Shown in pieces: positions 1 to 8,040 of a stretch of 23,063 nucleotides of DNA. Source of the DNA: Polyangiaceae bacterium (lineage in GTDB: Bacteria; Myxococcota_A; Polyangia; Polyangiales; Polyangiaceae). Below the pieces are notes generated by a model. It saw only the letters and a program-made list of their open reading frames with translations, was not told the origin of the DNA and did not search any database. The position numbers and the translations under genes are program-made. The DNA is taken from the NCBI GenBank assembly GCA_044222475.1, contig JBGANF010000124.1, positions 1-23,063 on the forward strand, written 5' to 3'. Position 1 is the stretch's first letter, and the number at the start of each line of letters is the position of its first letter.

Positions 1-963
1 GCCCTTCCGCAGATCATCGAGGCGATGCGGCTCGAGACCGATCCCGAGGCGGTGGGGCGCCTGGCCGCGATTGCGTCGAAGATCACCGGGCGCGAGGCGA
101 GGGTCCGAGAGGGGGCGAGCGCGTCCGAGGCGCGCGCAGTGGCACGCGGCTGGACCGTTTGGTGGGACGAGCACCGCTCCGAGTACACCGTGATCGACGG
201 AGGCGAGCGCATCGCTGCGTCGCTCTCCGACACGCGCTACGGCCGATGGCTCCTCAGCGCCGGCACGGGCGAGTTCGGAGTCAGCGTTCGCGACGGAACG
301 CCAATCTTCAAGAAGCTCCTCGCGACCGCGCCGATCACGATCGGGCTCACGCTGGCATCTCTCTTCTTCAGCTTCTGCCTCGGCGTGCCGCTGGGCGCGG
401 TGGGCGGGTGGTGGAAGGGGAGACGGGTCGACATCCGGATCGCCACGGTTCTCTTCCTCTTCTACGCACTGCCCACGTTCTTCGTCGCCCAGATCCTGCT
501 CCATGCCCTCCCCGAGGCGAGCGGCGGCGCGCGCATCATCCTCGCGGTGCTCACGATGACGCTGGGATCGCTCGCGTCCGTGTCGCGACTCCAGCGCGCC
601 TCGTTGCTCGACGTCATGTCCACCGACTTCGTCCGCACCGCGCGGGCCAAAGGTGCACCGGCGTGGCGCGTGCTCGTCGTCCACGCGCTTCGCAACGCGG
701 TCATCCCGATGACGACGCTGGCCGGTCTACAGCTCCCGGTGCTCTTTGGCGCCGCGATCGTGGTCGAGGAGGTGTTCCGGCTGCCGGGCGCAGGCTTCGA
801 GACCATGCGCGCGGTCGAGGCGCACGACGCCTCGTGGCTCGTGATGGCGGTCTTGTTCACTGCGCTGGCCACGATGCTCGGTCTGCTGGCGAGCGACGTC
901 GTCCACGCGCTCCTCGATCCGAGAGTCCGCGAGCGGCTGCTCCGGCGCGAGGTTCGATCGTGA
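1..963 (+). CDS. Peptide/nickel ABC transporter permease (DppB/OppB family), 5'-truncated
   Basis: Frame is open from base 1 to TGA at 961-963. Has multiple TM segments, the EAA-like loop DFVRTARAKG..VLVVHALRNA, IVVEEVFRLPGAG, and the C-terminal SDVVHALLDPRVR typical of DppB. Confidence 0.92.
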   Translation, partial: ALPQIIEAMRLETDPEAVGRLAAIASKITGREARVREGASASEARAVARGWTVWWDEHRSEYTVIDGGERIAASLSDTRYGRWLLSAGTGEFGVSVRDGTPIFKKLLATAPITIGLTLASLFFSFCLGVPLGAVGGWWKGRRVDIRIATVLFLFYALPTFFVAQILLHALPEASGGARIILAVLTMTLGSLASVSRLQRASLLDVMSTDFVRTARAKGAPAWRVLVVHALRNAVIPMTTLAGLQLPVLFGAAIVVEEVFRLPGAGFETMRAVEAHDASWLVMAVLFTALATMLGLLASDVVHALLDPRVRERLLRREVRS

Positions 964-2039
964 CCGATTCGCTGCCGCCTCGCGTCGCGCGACCGGGTTC
1001 CTTCGGTCGAGCCCTGCAGCTCCTCGTGCGGCGACGCCGCACCACCGTCGTCGTCGTGATCCTCGGTGTGCTCCTCCTGGTGGGGATCTTCGCCGACGAG
1101 CTCGCGAGCGACTTGCCGCTCGTCTGCTCGGTGCACGGCGAGATCTACATCGCGCCCAACGTGACCCATCCGCGGGCGCTCGCCGGCTACGACCACGATC
1201 GCATCGCGGCCGAGGGAGGATGGTCGTTCGGGCCGCTCGTTCACTACGGGCCCGAAGCCTCGAGCGGCAACGCGCTGGTGCCACCGCTCAGCGTGGCGGC
1301 ACACCCGCTCGGCACCGACGAGAACGGGCGGGACGTCTTCGCGCGGCTCGTGCACGGCGCGCGCATGACGCTCGGCGTGGCGCTCCTCGCCGTCGCAGCG
1401 TTCGTCGCGGTGGGGCTCCTCCTCGGGGCGACCACCGGGTTCTTCGGGCGACGGCTCGACTTCATCGTGGCGCGCGTCATCGAGACGCTTTCGTCGTTCC
1501 CGGTCCCGATCGTCGTGCTCGTCGTCCAAACGCTGGTGGTCAAGCCTGGCGTGTTGTCGTTCCTCGCGACGATCGCGCTGCTTCGCTGGACCGAGGTAGC
1601 TCGGCTCGTCCGCGCCGAGGTGCTGTCGGTGTCGTCGGCGGATTACGTCCTCGCGGCCCGCGCTCTCGGAGCGTCTCCCGCTCGCGTCCTACGGCGGCAC
1701 GTGCTCCCCATGGCCGTGACGCCAGCGATCGTGACCGGGGTGCTCGGCGTCGGTCAGGTCGTCCTCCTCGAGTCGGCGCTCGATTTCCTCCGCGTCGGGC
1801 TCCCGAGCACGATCCCCAGCTGGGGCGAGATGCTCAGCGAGTCGCGCGATCATTTCTCGGCGTGGTGGCTGCTTCTGTTCCCCGGGACGCTCGTGTTTCT
1901 CGTCGCCGTCGCGACCAATTCGATCGGAGAAGCGCTCCGCGACGGCCTCGATCCCCACCAGGTCCACGCCGGAGACGCCGCTCGCGAGAACCTCGGCCTG
2001 AGGCCTGCGCTGCGCGAATCGGGTGACACGGCGCCGTGA
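960..2039 (+). CDS. Peptide/nickel ABC transporter permease (DppC/OppC family)
   Basis: GTG at 960 overlaps the upstream stop (GTGA). Motifs HPLGTDENGRDVFARLVHGAR, DYVLAARALGAS, PSWGEML and GEALRDGLDP. The ORF-track start at 159 is a spurious extension. Confidence 0.92.
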   Translation: MTDSLPPRVARPGSFGRALQLLVRRRRTTVVVVILGVLLLVGIFADELASDLPLVCSVHGEIYIAPNVTHPRALAGYDHDRIAAEGGWSFGPLVHYGPEASSGNALVPPLSVAAHPLGTDENGRDVFARLVHGARMTLGVALLAVAAFVAVGLLLGATTGFFGRRLDFIVARVIETLSSFPVPIVVLVVQTLVVKPGVLSFLATIALLRWTEVARLVRAEVLSVSSADYVLAARALGASPARVLRRHVLPMAVTPAIVTGVLGVGQVVLLESALDFLRVGLPSTIPSWGEMLSESRDHFSAWWLLLFPGTLVFLVAVATNSIGEALRDGLDPHQVHAGDAARENLGLRPALRESGDTAP

Positions 2040-2067
2040 GGTGCTTATCTTCCGCGGCGAGGAGATC

Positions 2068-2778
2068 ATGGCGAATTTCGGAAGAGGCTTCGTGATCGGC
2101 GGCGGCGGTGGCGGATCCAAGCCGCCCGGCGGCTCCAGCGGGGTCGTGCCCTTCATCACCGAACGCGACTTCGAGGCCGAGGTCCTGCGCCCGCAGATCC
2201 CGGTGCTTCTCTACTTCACCGCCGACTGGTGCCAGCCGTGCAAGCAGATCGCGCCCGAGGTGGACGCGCTCGCGAAGGAGCTCGAGGGCAAGGTGTCGAT
2301 CCGCAAGATCGACATCGACAAGTCGCCCATCGTCGCGCGCGAGCTTCGCATCCAGTCGGTGCCGACGTTCATCGTCTTCCAGAAGGGGCGCCCGGTCGAC
2401 GCGGTCGTCGGGGCCGTCGGGAAGAAGAAGCTCCGTGAGCTGGTGGAGCCGTTCCTGCCCCGCGCCGAGGGCGCGCTCAAAGCGGTCGAAGTCGCTCACG
2501 CCATGCGCGAAGGCGCCGTCGTCCCGGTCGACACGCGGGATGCTGCGGCGTTCGGCCGCGCGCACCTCCCGGGCGCGAAGCACATCCCGCTCGAAGAGGT
2601 GGAGACGCGCCTCGCCGAGCTGGCGATGCTCCCTGCGCCTCCCGTCCTCTATTGTCGCAGCGGCGACAAGACCAAGGAGCTCGCCGCGAAGCTCGCCGAG
2701 ATGGAGATGCCGGCCGCGTTCCTCGAAGGTGGGTTGCTCGCTTGGGAGGCCGAGGGTCTCCCGATCGAGCGGGGCTAG
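2068..2778 (+). CDS. Thioredoxin-rhodanese fusion protein
   Basis: SD GAGGAG at 2059-2064 precedes ATG 2068. Trx domain has FTADWCQPC and IQSVPT (cis-Pro). C-terminal rhodanese has VDTR, F..AHLPGAKHIP, LYCRSGDKT and LEGGLLAW. Confidence 0.85.
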   Translation: MANFGRGFVIGGGGGGSKPPGGSSGVVPFITERDFEAEVLRPQIPVLLYFTADWCQPCKQIAPEVDALAKELEGKVSIRKIDIDKSPIVARELRIQSVPTFIVFQKGRPVDAVVGAVGKKKLRELVEPFLPRAEGALKAVEVAHAMREGAVVPVDTRDAAAFGRAHLPGAKHIPLEEVETRLAELAMLPAPPVLYCRSGDKTKELAAKLAEMEMPAAFLEGGLLAWEAEGLPIERG

Positions 2779-2789
2779 GCTCAGGATCC

Positions 2790-2951
2790 CCGTAAACGTG
2801 AACGTGCCCGTGCCCGTGCACGGAGAACGGCTGAGCCAGGCTTGCGATCGGGAGACGTTTGCCCATTCCGCCAAGCGATCACTTCCGGTGATGACGAGTC
2901 AGTGAACGCCGTTCCGATCGGGCACGGGCACGGGCACGTTCACGTTCACGG
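2790..2951. repeat. Intergenic long inverted repeat built of hexamers (REP-like element or bidirectional terminator)
   Basis: 2790-2819 CCGTAAACGTGAACGTGCCCGTGCCCGTGC matches the reverse complement of 2922-2951 at 29/30 positions, with a 102-bp spacer. Lies between convergent genes. Confidence 0.85.
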
Positions 2952-2972
2952 AAGAGCAGTTTCGGGAAGCAC

Positions 2973-3812
2973 CTAGAGCGTCACGACGAGCGACGCTCCG
3001 ATCCCCATCGGTGCGATCGTCACCGAGCGTCCCGCTTCGAGTCGGTGAAGCAGCGGAATCCCGAGACCGAACGCGGAGCCGAGCATCGCGCCGACGAGGA
3101 CGTCCGTGAGGTAGTGCTTGTCGGCGGCGATCCGCAGGTACCCGGTGAACGCCGCCAGCGGCAGCCCGACCGCCCAGAGCACGGGCGCGAGCGAGTACCC
3201 GCGTAGCGAGGCCACCATCGCGGTGCTCGTCGCGAGCGAGAACGCGAGCGTCGTGTGACCGGAGTAGAACGACAAGTTGTTGTCGGCTGGTTGGGCGGTG
3301 GAGCCTTTGTCGGCCGGGGCGAGCGCGTGCACGAACGGCCGCTCGCGTTGCACGGCGAACTTCACGGCTTGGTTCAGATCTGCGGCGAGGACGACCGTCT
3401 CCGCCACGACCAGGAGGTCCTCGGGGATCTTGCGCCACGCGCCGTCTTTCGCCGACGTCAGCGCGAGACCACCCAAGAGCAGTACTGGCATCCCGCCGAA
3501 GCCGATCACGTTCGAGAGGAGGTTCGCGGTCGACGGGTTGGACCACCGGAGCGCGTCGCGGGTGCCTTCGTCGAAGCCGATGAGCGTCCGGTCGCACCAG
3601 CGGCACTGGCTCGCCACGATCGAGCCCTTCGCGAGCTCCGATCCGATCCACGCGGCGCCTCCGACGGTCGTCAGCGGGATCGACACCCACGGATTGACCG
3701 AGAAAGGGCGAGGCGTCGGCTCGGCGTGGGCCACCGTGCCGCGGGAAACGATGCCGAGCGCCAATGCGCCCACGAACGCCACGCTGCGGATCGTCGTCGA
3801 CTGCCGTCGCAT
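2973..3812 (-). CDS. PAP2-family phosphatase with signal peptide
   Basis: PAP2 motifs KFAVQRERP, SFYSGHT and RIAADKHYLTDV. N-terminal signal ends VAHA. Confidence 0.88.
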   Translation of the reverse strand: MRRQSTTIRSVAFVGALALGIVSRGTVAHAEPTPRPFSVNPWVSIPLTTVGGAAWIGSELAKGSIVASQCRWCDRTLIGFDEGTRDALRWSNPSTANLLSNVIGFGGMPVLLLGGLALTSAKDGAWRKIPEDLLVVAETVVLAADLNQAVKFAVQRERPFVHALAPADKGSTAQPADNNLSFYSGHTTLAFSLATSTAMVASLRGYSLAPVLWAVGLPLAAFTGYLRIAADKHYLTDVLVGAMLGSAFGLGIPLLHRLEAGRSVTIAPMGIGASLVVTL

Positions 3813-3876
3813 CCCGAGTCACCCTACCACCTTGCCCCTTGACGCTGGGGGGGCAGGGGGGAACATTGGACACCTG

Positions 3877-4371
3877 GTGGGCGTGAGCTTGGACGAGGTC
3901 GAACGTCGGAATTCGGATCTGGAGCGCTTTCGCGCCCTGCTCGCCGCGCACATGGCGAAGAAGGGGCTGCGCTCGACCGATCAGCGCCGGCTGATCGTGG
4001 AGACGTTCTTCCGCTCGCCGAACCACGTCAGCATCGAGGAGCTGCTCGCGCAGGTGCGCGCGCAGGACTCCAAGGTCGGCTACGCGACGGTGTATCGCAC
4101 GCTGAAGCTCCTCACCGAGTGCGGCGTCGCGTTCGAGCGTCGCTTCGGCGACGGGCTCGCCCGCTACGAGCTCGCCGACGAGCACTCGCACCACGATCAC
4201 CTCATCTGCGTCGAGTGCGGAGACATCGTCGAGTTCGAAGAGCCGCGGATCGAGGAGCTGCAAGAGGCCGTCGCGCTTCGCCACGGCTTCGAGCTGAAGA
4301 GCCACAAGCACGAGATGTACGGGATCTGCCCGGCGTGCCAGGCGAAGGCGAAGGGGCCGAAGAAGAACTAG
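3877..4371 (+). CDS. fur: Fur-family metal-sensing transcriptional repressor
   Basis: GLRSTDQRR, HVSIEEL, VGYATVYRTLKLL, HHDHLICVECG and CPAC. Start uncertain (GTG 3877 or 3883). Fur versus Zur/PerR not resolved. Confidence 0.88.
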   Translation: MGVSLDEVERRNSDLERFRALLAAHMAKKGLRSTDQRRLIVETFFRSPNHVSIEELLAQVRAQDSKVGYATVYRTLKLLTECGVAFERRFGDGLARYELADEHSHHDHLICVECGDIVEFEEPRIEELQEAVALRHGFELKSHKHEMYGICPACQAKAKGPKKN

Positions 4372-4967
4372 CGCTCCGCCCGAAGCGTCCTTGCGTCCGT
4401 CACGACCCAGTCGCACGCCACGTCGTTCTCGAGCTTCGGCATCTCCGCCAGGAGCTGGAAGTCGTAGACCACGATCGCGGTGATCGCCGGCGGCGCGAAC
4501 CGCGGGAGCGTGCGATCGTAGTAGCCCGCGCCGTAGCCCAGGCGGTGTCCGCGCGCGTCGGCCGCGAGGGCGGGCACTACGATGAGGTCGAGCGCTTCCG
4601 CTTCGGTCGCGCTCGCCAGCGGCTCGCCGAAGCCGAGGCCGCGCTCTTCGAGATCGCTCGCCGTAGCGAAGCGGAACGTCATGACGTTCGTCTCTTGATC
4701 GATGGCGGGGTAGGCGATCTCCTTGCCGCGCGACCGGAGCTCGGCGTCGAGCGGTCGCAGGTCGATCTCGCGCTTCTCCAGGATCGGCCAGAACAGCGCC
4801 ACGCGCTTGGCGTCTGCCATGCCCTCCAGATCGAGCAGCCGCGCGACGATCTTCGCCGACCGCGCGGCGCAGGCCGGCTCGGGGTGCGTGTTGCGCAGGC
4901 CCCGGAGGCGCTTGCGGAGCTCGGCCTTCGCGCGCCGCGCGACGAGATCGTACGGGATCTCGCTCAT
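4368..4967 (-). CDS. ygfA: 5-formyltetrahydrofolate cyclo-ligase
   Basis: KAELRKRLR, EIDL, DLIVVPALAADARGHRLGYGAGYYDRTL and D...DWVVT. ATG overlaps the dam stop (ATGA). Stop overlaps the fur stop (CTAG). Confidence 0.92.
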   Translation of the reverse strand: MSEIPYDLVARRAKAELRKRLRGLRNTHPEPACAARSAKIVARLLDLEGMADAKRVALFWPILEKREIDLRPLDAELRSRGKEIAYPAIDQETNVMTFRFATASDLEERGLGFGEPLASATEAEALDLIVVPALAADARGHRLGYGAGYYDRTLPRFAPPAITAIVVYDFQLLAEMPKLENDVACDWVVTDARTLRAER

Positions 4968-5893
4968 GGTTTCTTCTTCGCCTTCGCCTTCGCCTTGGCG
5001 GGCGCCTTTCGCTTGGATTTCCCCGGGATCCCGTGAAATCCCGGCATGCCCCAGTTGAGGACGAGGAGCTCGGTGGTGTTGCCGCGCTTCGACGCGTCGG
5101 AGTTGATCGACCGCGGGGCTTCGACTTGGTGGACGGCGAAGCCTTCGTACAGCGTCTGCGTCTCTTCGGTGTCCGCGTTGGACAGCATCGCGAGGATGCC
5201 GCGCTTGCCGAGATCGCGCAGCGTCGCCACGAGCCGCTCCTGATCCTTCGGGCCGAAGCCGCCCTCGGCGTAGGCGGTGAAGTCGGCCGTCTTCGACACT
5301 GGGACGTACGGCGGATCGAAGTAGACGAAGTCCCCGGCGCGCAGACCCTTCGTCGCTTCGTCGAAGTCGGCGAGGCGAACGTCGACCTTGGCGAGCCTCT
5401 GCGACGCGATCCGCAGGCCGTCCTCGTCGAGGATGCGCGGGTTCTTGTAGCGACCGAAGGGCACGTTGAACTTGCCGCTCGCGTTGACGCGCCACAGCCC
5501 GTTGAAGCAGGTTCGGTTCAGGAAGATGAGCCGCGCTCCCCGCTCGACGTCGCTCATCTTCGACGAGTCGCGATCCCGCACCTCGTAGAAGAGGTCCTGA
5601 TCGTAGCGGTACTTCCGGAGCGCTTCGATCAGCTCCTCGACCGAGTCGCGGACGGCGCGGTAGCAAGCGACGAGATCCTCGTTCTTGTCGGCGAGGACGG
5701 CACGGCGAAAGGTTCGGGTCGGGTGCTTGGTCGCGGCTTCGTTCGCGAGCGCGAAGAAGAGCGCTGCGCCGCCGGCGAACGGCTCGACGTAGGTTCCGAT
5801 CTCGCTCGGGAGGTGGCGCTGCAGGATGGGAAGGAGCTTCGTCTTCCCTCCCGCCCACTTCACGATCGGTCGCGCGGGCTCGTGGCTGGTCAT
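4964..5893 (-). CDS. dam: Dam-family (D12 class, alpha group) N6-adenine DNA methyltransferase, probably GATC-specific
   Basis: KWAGGK, YVEPFAGGAALFF (motif I), FNGLWRVNASGKFNVPFGRYKNP (recognition hairpin), VYFDPPY (motif IV), MLSN. Confidence 0.92.
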   Translation of the reverse strand: MTSHEPARPIVKWAGGKTKLLPILQRHLPSEIGTYVEPFAGGAALFFALANEAATKHPTRTFRRAVLADKNEDLVACYRAVRDSVEELIEALRKYRYDQDLFYEVRDRDSSKMSDVERGARLIFLNRTCFNGLWRVNASGKFNVPFGRYKNPRILDEDGLRIASQRLAKVDVRLADFDEATKGLRAGDFVYFDPPYVPVSKTADFTAYAEGGFGPKDQERLVATLRDLGKRGILAMLSNADTEETQTLYEGFAVHQVEAPRSINSDASKRGNTTELLVLNWGMPGFHGIPGKSKRKAPAKAKAKAKKKP

Positions 5894-8040
5894 CAGAACC
5901 CTCCGAGAATGGCATCGACGCGCTCGCGCGCCACGAGGTACGTGGCTCGGATGCCGTCGATACGTGCAAAATACATGGGTTGGTTGCGCCGGAGGGAAGC
6001 CCGGCCGAAGACGAGGTGGAGGGTCTGGGGACCGCCGTCGGCCGCGACCTTCGCCGTGATCTCGAGGGTGGGCGCCGAGAACCCTTCGTCCGGCGCCGGC
6101 TCTCCGAGGTGGGCCACGTCGTCGGCGCGCAGCGCACCGACGGCCGAGAGCAGCGCGTCGACGCCGCCCGCGACGCTCGCATCGACCGGCTCGAGCTTGC
6201 CACCTTTGGGAACGAGCTCGAGGCGAGCCTTGGGTTGCACCAGCGTGAGCGCCTCGGTGCGGCCGACGTCGATCGAGAAGCGGCTGCGGTCGAGGAGGAT
6301 CCGCGCGGCCACGTCGCGGATGGGCCGCGGGGTCACGAACACCGGGGATTTCCCCTTGCCGTCGTCGACCTGGACGTAGACGCCGCCCTCGCCCTCGCGG
6401 CCGAACGTGATGGTGATCGCTCGGCCCTCGGTCAATAGTTGCACTTTGCAGGTACTCGTACCGAGACCGAACGTGCCATCGTCGGCGTCGGCGATCCAGC
6501 CGTCGGCCGAGAGCTTGGTCATCGTGTCGATGAGGTCGAGCGTGGCCGCCCCGTCGGCAGTGTAGCCGGCCGGCGCGGCGAACCCGAAAGTGGTCGCTGC
6601 GCGCGCGATGTCCTGATCGGTGCCGCAACGGAGCGAGAGCGCCTTGACCTCCTTGGGATCCACCGGAGGGATCAGCACCGCGCGACCACGAAGCGCGGTG
6701 GCCGTCGGGCGGAGCTTCCGCGCGAGCTCCGGACCGAGCGTGACCTCGGCGCCGTCCATCTTGCGTCGCGCGACCGCGTTCCCCTTGTCGTCCGTGCCGA
6801 CCTCGACGACCTCGATGCCTTGGTTCTCGAAGCGCACGACCGACGCGCGCGAGGCGAGGTGGAAGGTCGCCTTCGGATCGATCGGGTGCACGCCCGTGCC
6901 GAGGCCACGGGTGAGCGCGCCGACGAGGGCGTTCGCCATGTCGACCTCGTCGCCGGCGAGGTCGCGGTCGAACGGAGACCGCACGTGCCAGCCGGTGCCC
7001 TTGCGGGCCATGTCGACCTTGGTGCCCTTGCCGTCGAGTGGCTCGAGGAGCACCTCTTCGGCCTCGTCGGGGCGGGCGACGAAGACCTTGGTGTCGAGGA
7101 GCTCCTGCTTCGGCGTTCCGAGCCCGAGGAGGACGATCTTCGGTACGCACGCCGAGAGCGGGCTCGGCGCGACGCGGCGCACGACCACGTCGTTGGGAAG
7201 CGCCGCACACGGGCCGCCGACGAGGAGCTCCCCCGGAGCGCGCGTCGCGTCCTTCGGCGTCATCTTGATCGTGAACTGCGGGTGCTCGGTCGCGCGCTTC
7301 GCCTCTTCTTCGTCGACGAAGCCTTCGGCTCGCATGTCGGCGAAGGCCATCCACACTTTGTCGAGGTTCTCGCGCGCGGCGCGGAGCTTCGAGTCCTCCA
7401 TGCGGAAGACGACCTCGTCGACGCGCTCGATCGCCCACGACTGCTCCGGGGTCGCGCCGGAGATCTCGAGGCGGTTCAAGTCGATCGAGAGATACGGCAC
7501 GACGTTGCGGCTGCGGTACGTCGATGCGTCGTCGGTCAGGGCCGCGACGAGCTCCTTCGAGACGACGTAGTCGCCTTCGCCTTCGACGCGAAGGTACGCC
7601 GCGCCCTCGGGCGTGGGGGCGGCGGCGCCGAGGACGAACTTGAAGGTCACCTTGCCCATGTGGAGCGAGCCGGTGAGTCGCGGCGAGTCGAACGCGACCT
7701 TGGCCTCGGTGTCGACCTTGCGGAGGTAGGTCGCGAACTCGAGCACGCCCATGAGCTTGTCGACGGCTTCGGGCTCGGCGGGCAGGGCATCAGGCTTCAC
7801 GAGCTTCCAGCTCGCGTCGCCGCCGTCCTGGTCGAGCTTTCGCTCGAGGACGAGCGTCTTGCCGTTGGACACGGTCTCGAAGCGGTCGATCTCGTCACGA
7901 CGAAACGCGGGGAAGACGTTCTTGGGCCGGAGCGCGCGCTCGCTGTCGCTCACCTTGCCGTGATCGACCCATACGTAGACGCCGAGGCCCAACGCCGCCG
8001 CGAGCAGCGCGATGCTCGTCGCGTGCTTCGGAAGCTTCAC
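5893..8040 (-). CDS. DUF4340 domain-containing membrane-anchored protein (about 715 aa)
   Basis: GTG 8040 overlaps the upstream stop. N-terminal TM anchor followed by repeated beta-rich units (e.g. W.LVKP..LPAEPEAVDKLM..L, FVLG...P...AYLR). Its position after a GldG-like gene is typical. Confidence 0.7.
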   Translation of the reverse strand: MKLPKHATSIALLAAALGLGVYVWVDHGKVSDSERALRPKNVFPAFRRDEIDRFETVSNGKTLVLERKLDQDGGDASWKLVKPDALPAEPEAVDKLMGVLEFATYLRKVDTEAKVAFDSPRLTGSLHMGKVTFKFVLGAAAPTPEGAAYLRVEGEGDYVVSKELVAALTDDASTYRSRNVVPYLSIDLNRLEISGATPEQSWAIERVDEVVFRMEDSKLRAARENLDKVWMAFADMRAEGFVDEEEAKRATEHPQFTIKMTPKDATRAPGELLVGGPCAALPNDVVVRRVAPSPLSACVPKIVLLGLGTPKQELLDTKVFVARPDEAEEVLLEPLDGKGTKVDMARKGTGWHVRSPFDRDLAGDEVDMANALVGALTRGLGTGVHPIDPKATFHLASRASVVRFENQGIEVVEVGTDDKGNAVARRKMDGAEVTLGPELARKLRPTATALRGRAVLIPPVDPKEVKALSLRCGTDQDIARAATTFGFAAPAGYTADGAATLDLIDTMTKLSADGWIADADDGTFGLGTSTCKVQLLTEGRAITITFGREGEGGVYVQVDDGKGKSPVFVTPRPIRDVAARILLDRSRFSIDVGRTEALTLVQPKARLELVPKGGKLEPVDASVAGGVDALLSAVGALRADDVAHLGEPAPDEGFSAPTLEITAKVAADGGPQTLHLVFGRASLRRNQPMYFARIDGIRATYLVARERVDAILGGF

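Noticed and set aside
4964..5893. Restriction-modification system, defence island or prophage
   Set aside because: No endonuclease, integrase or phage genes. Both neighbours are housekeeping-type genes with overlapping start/stop codons, and codon style matches the surroundings.
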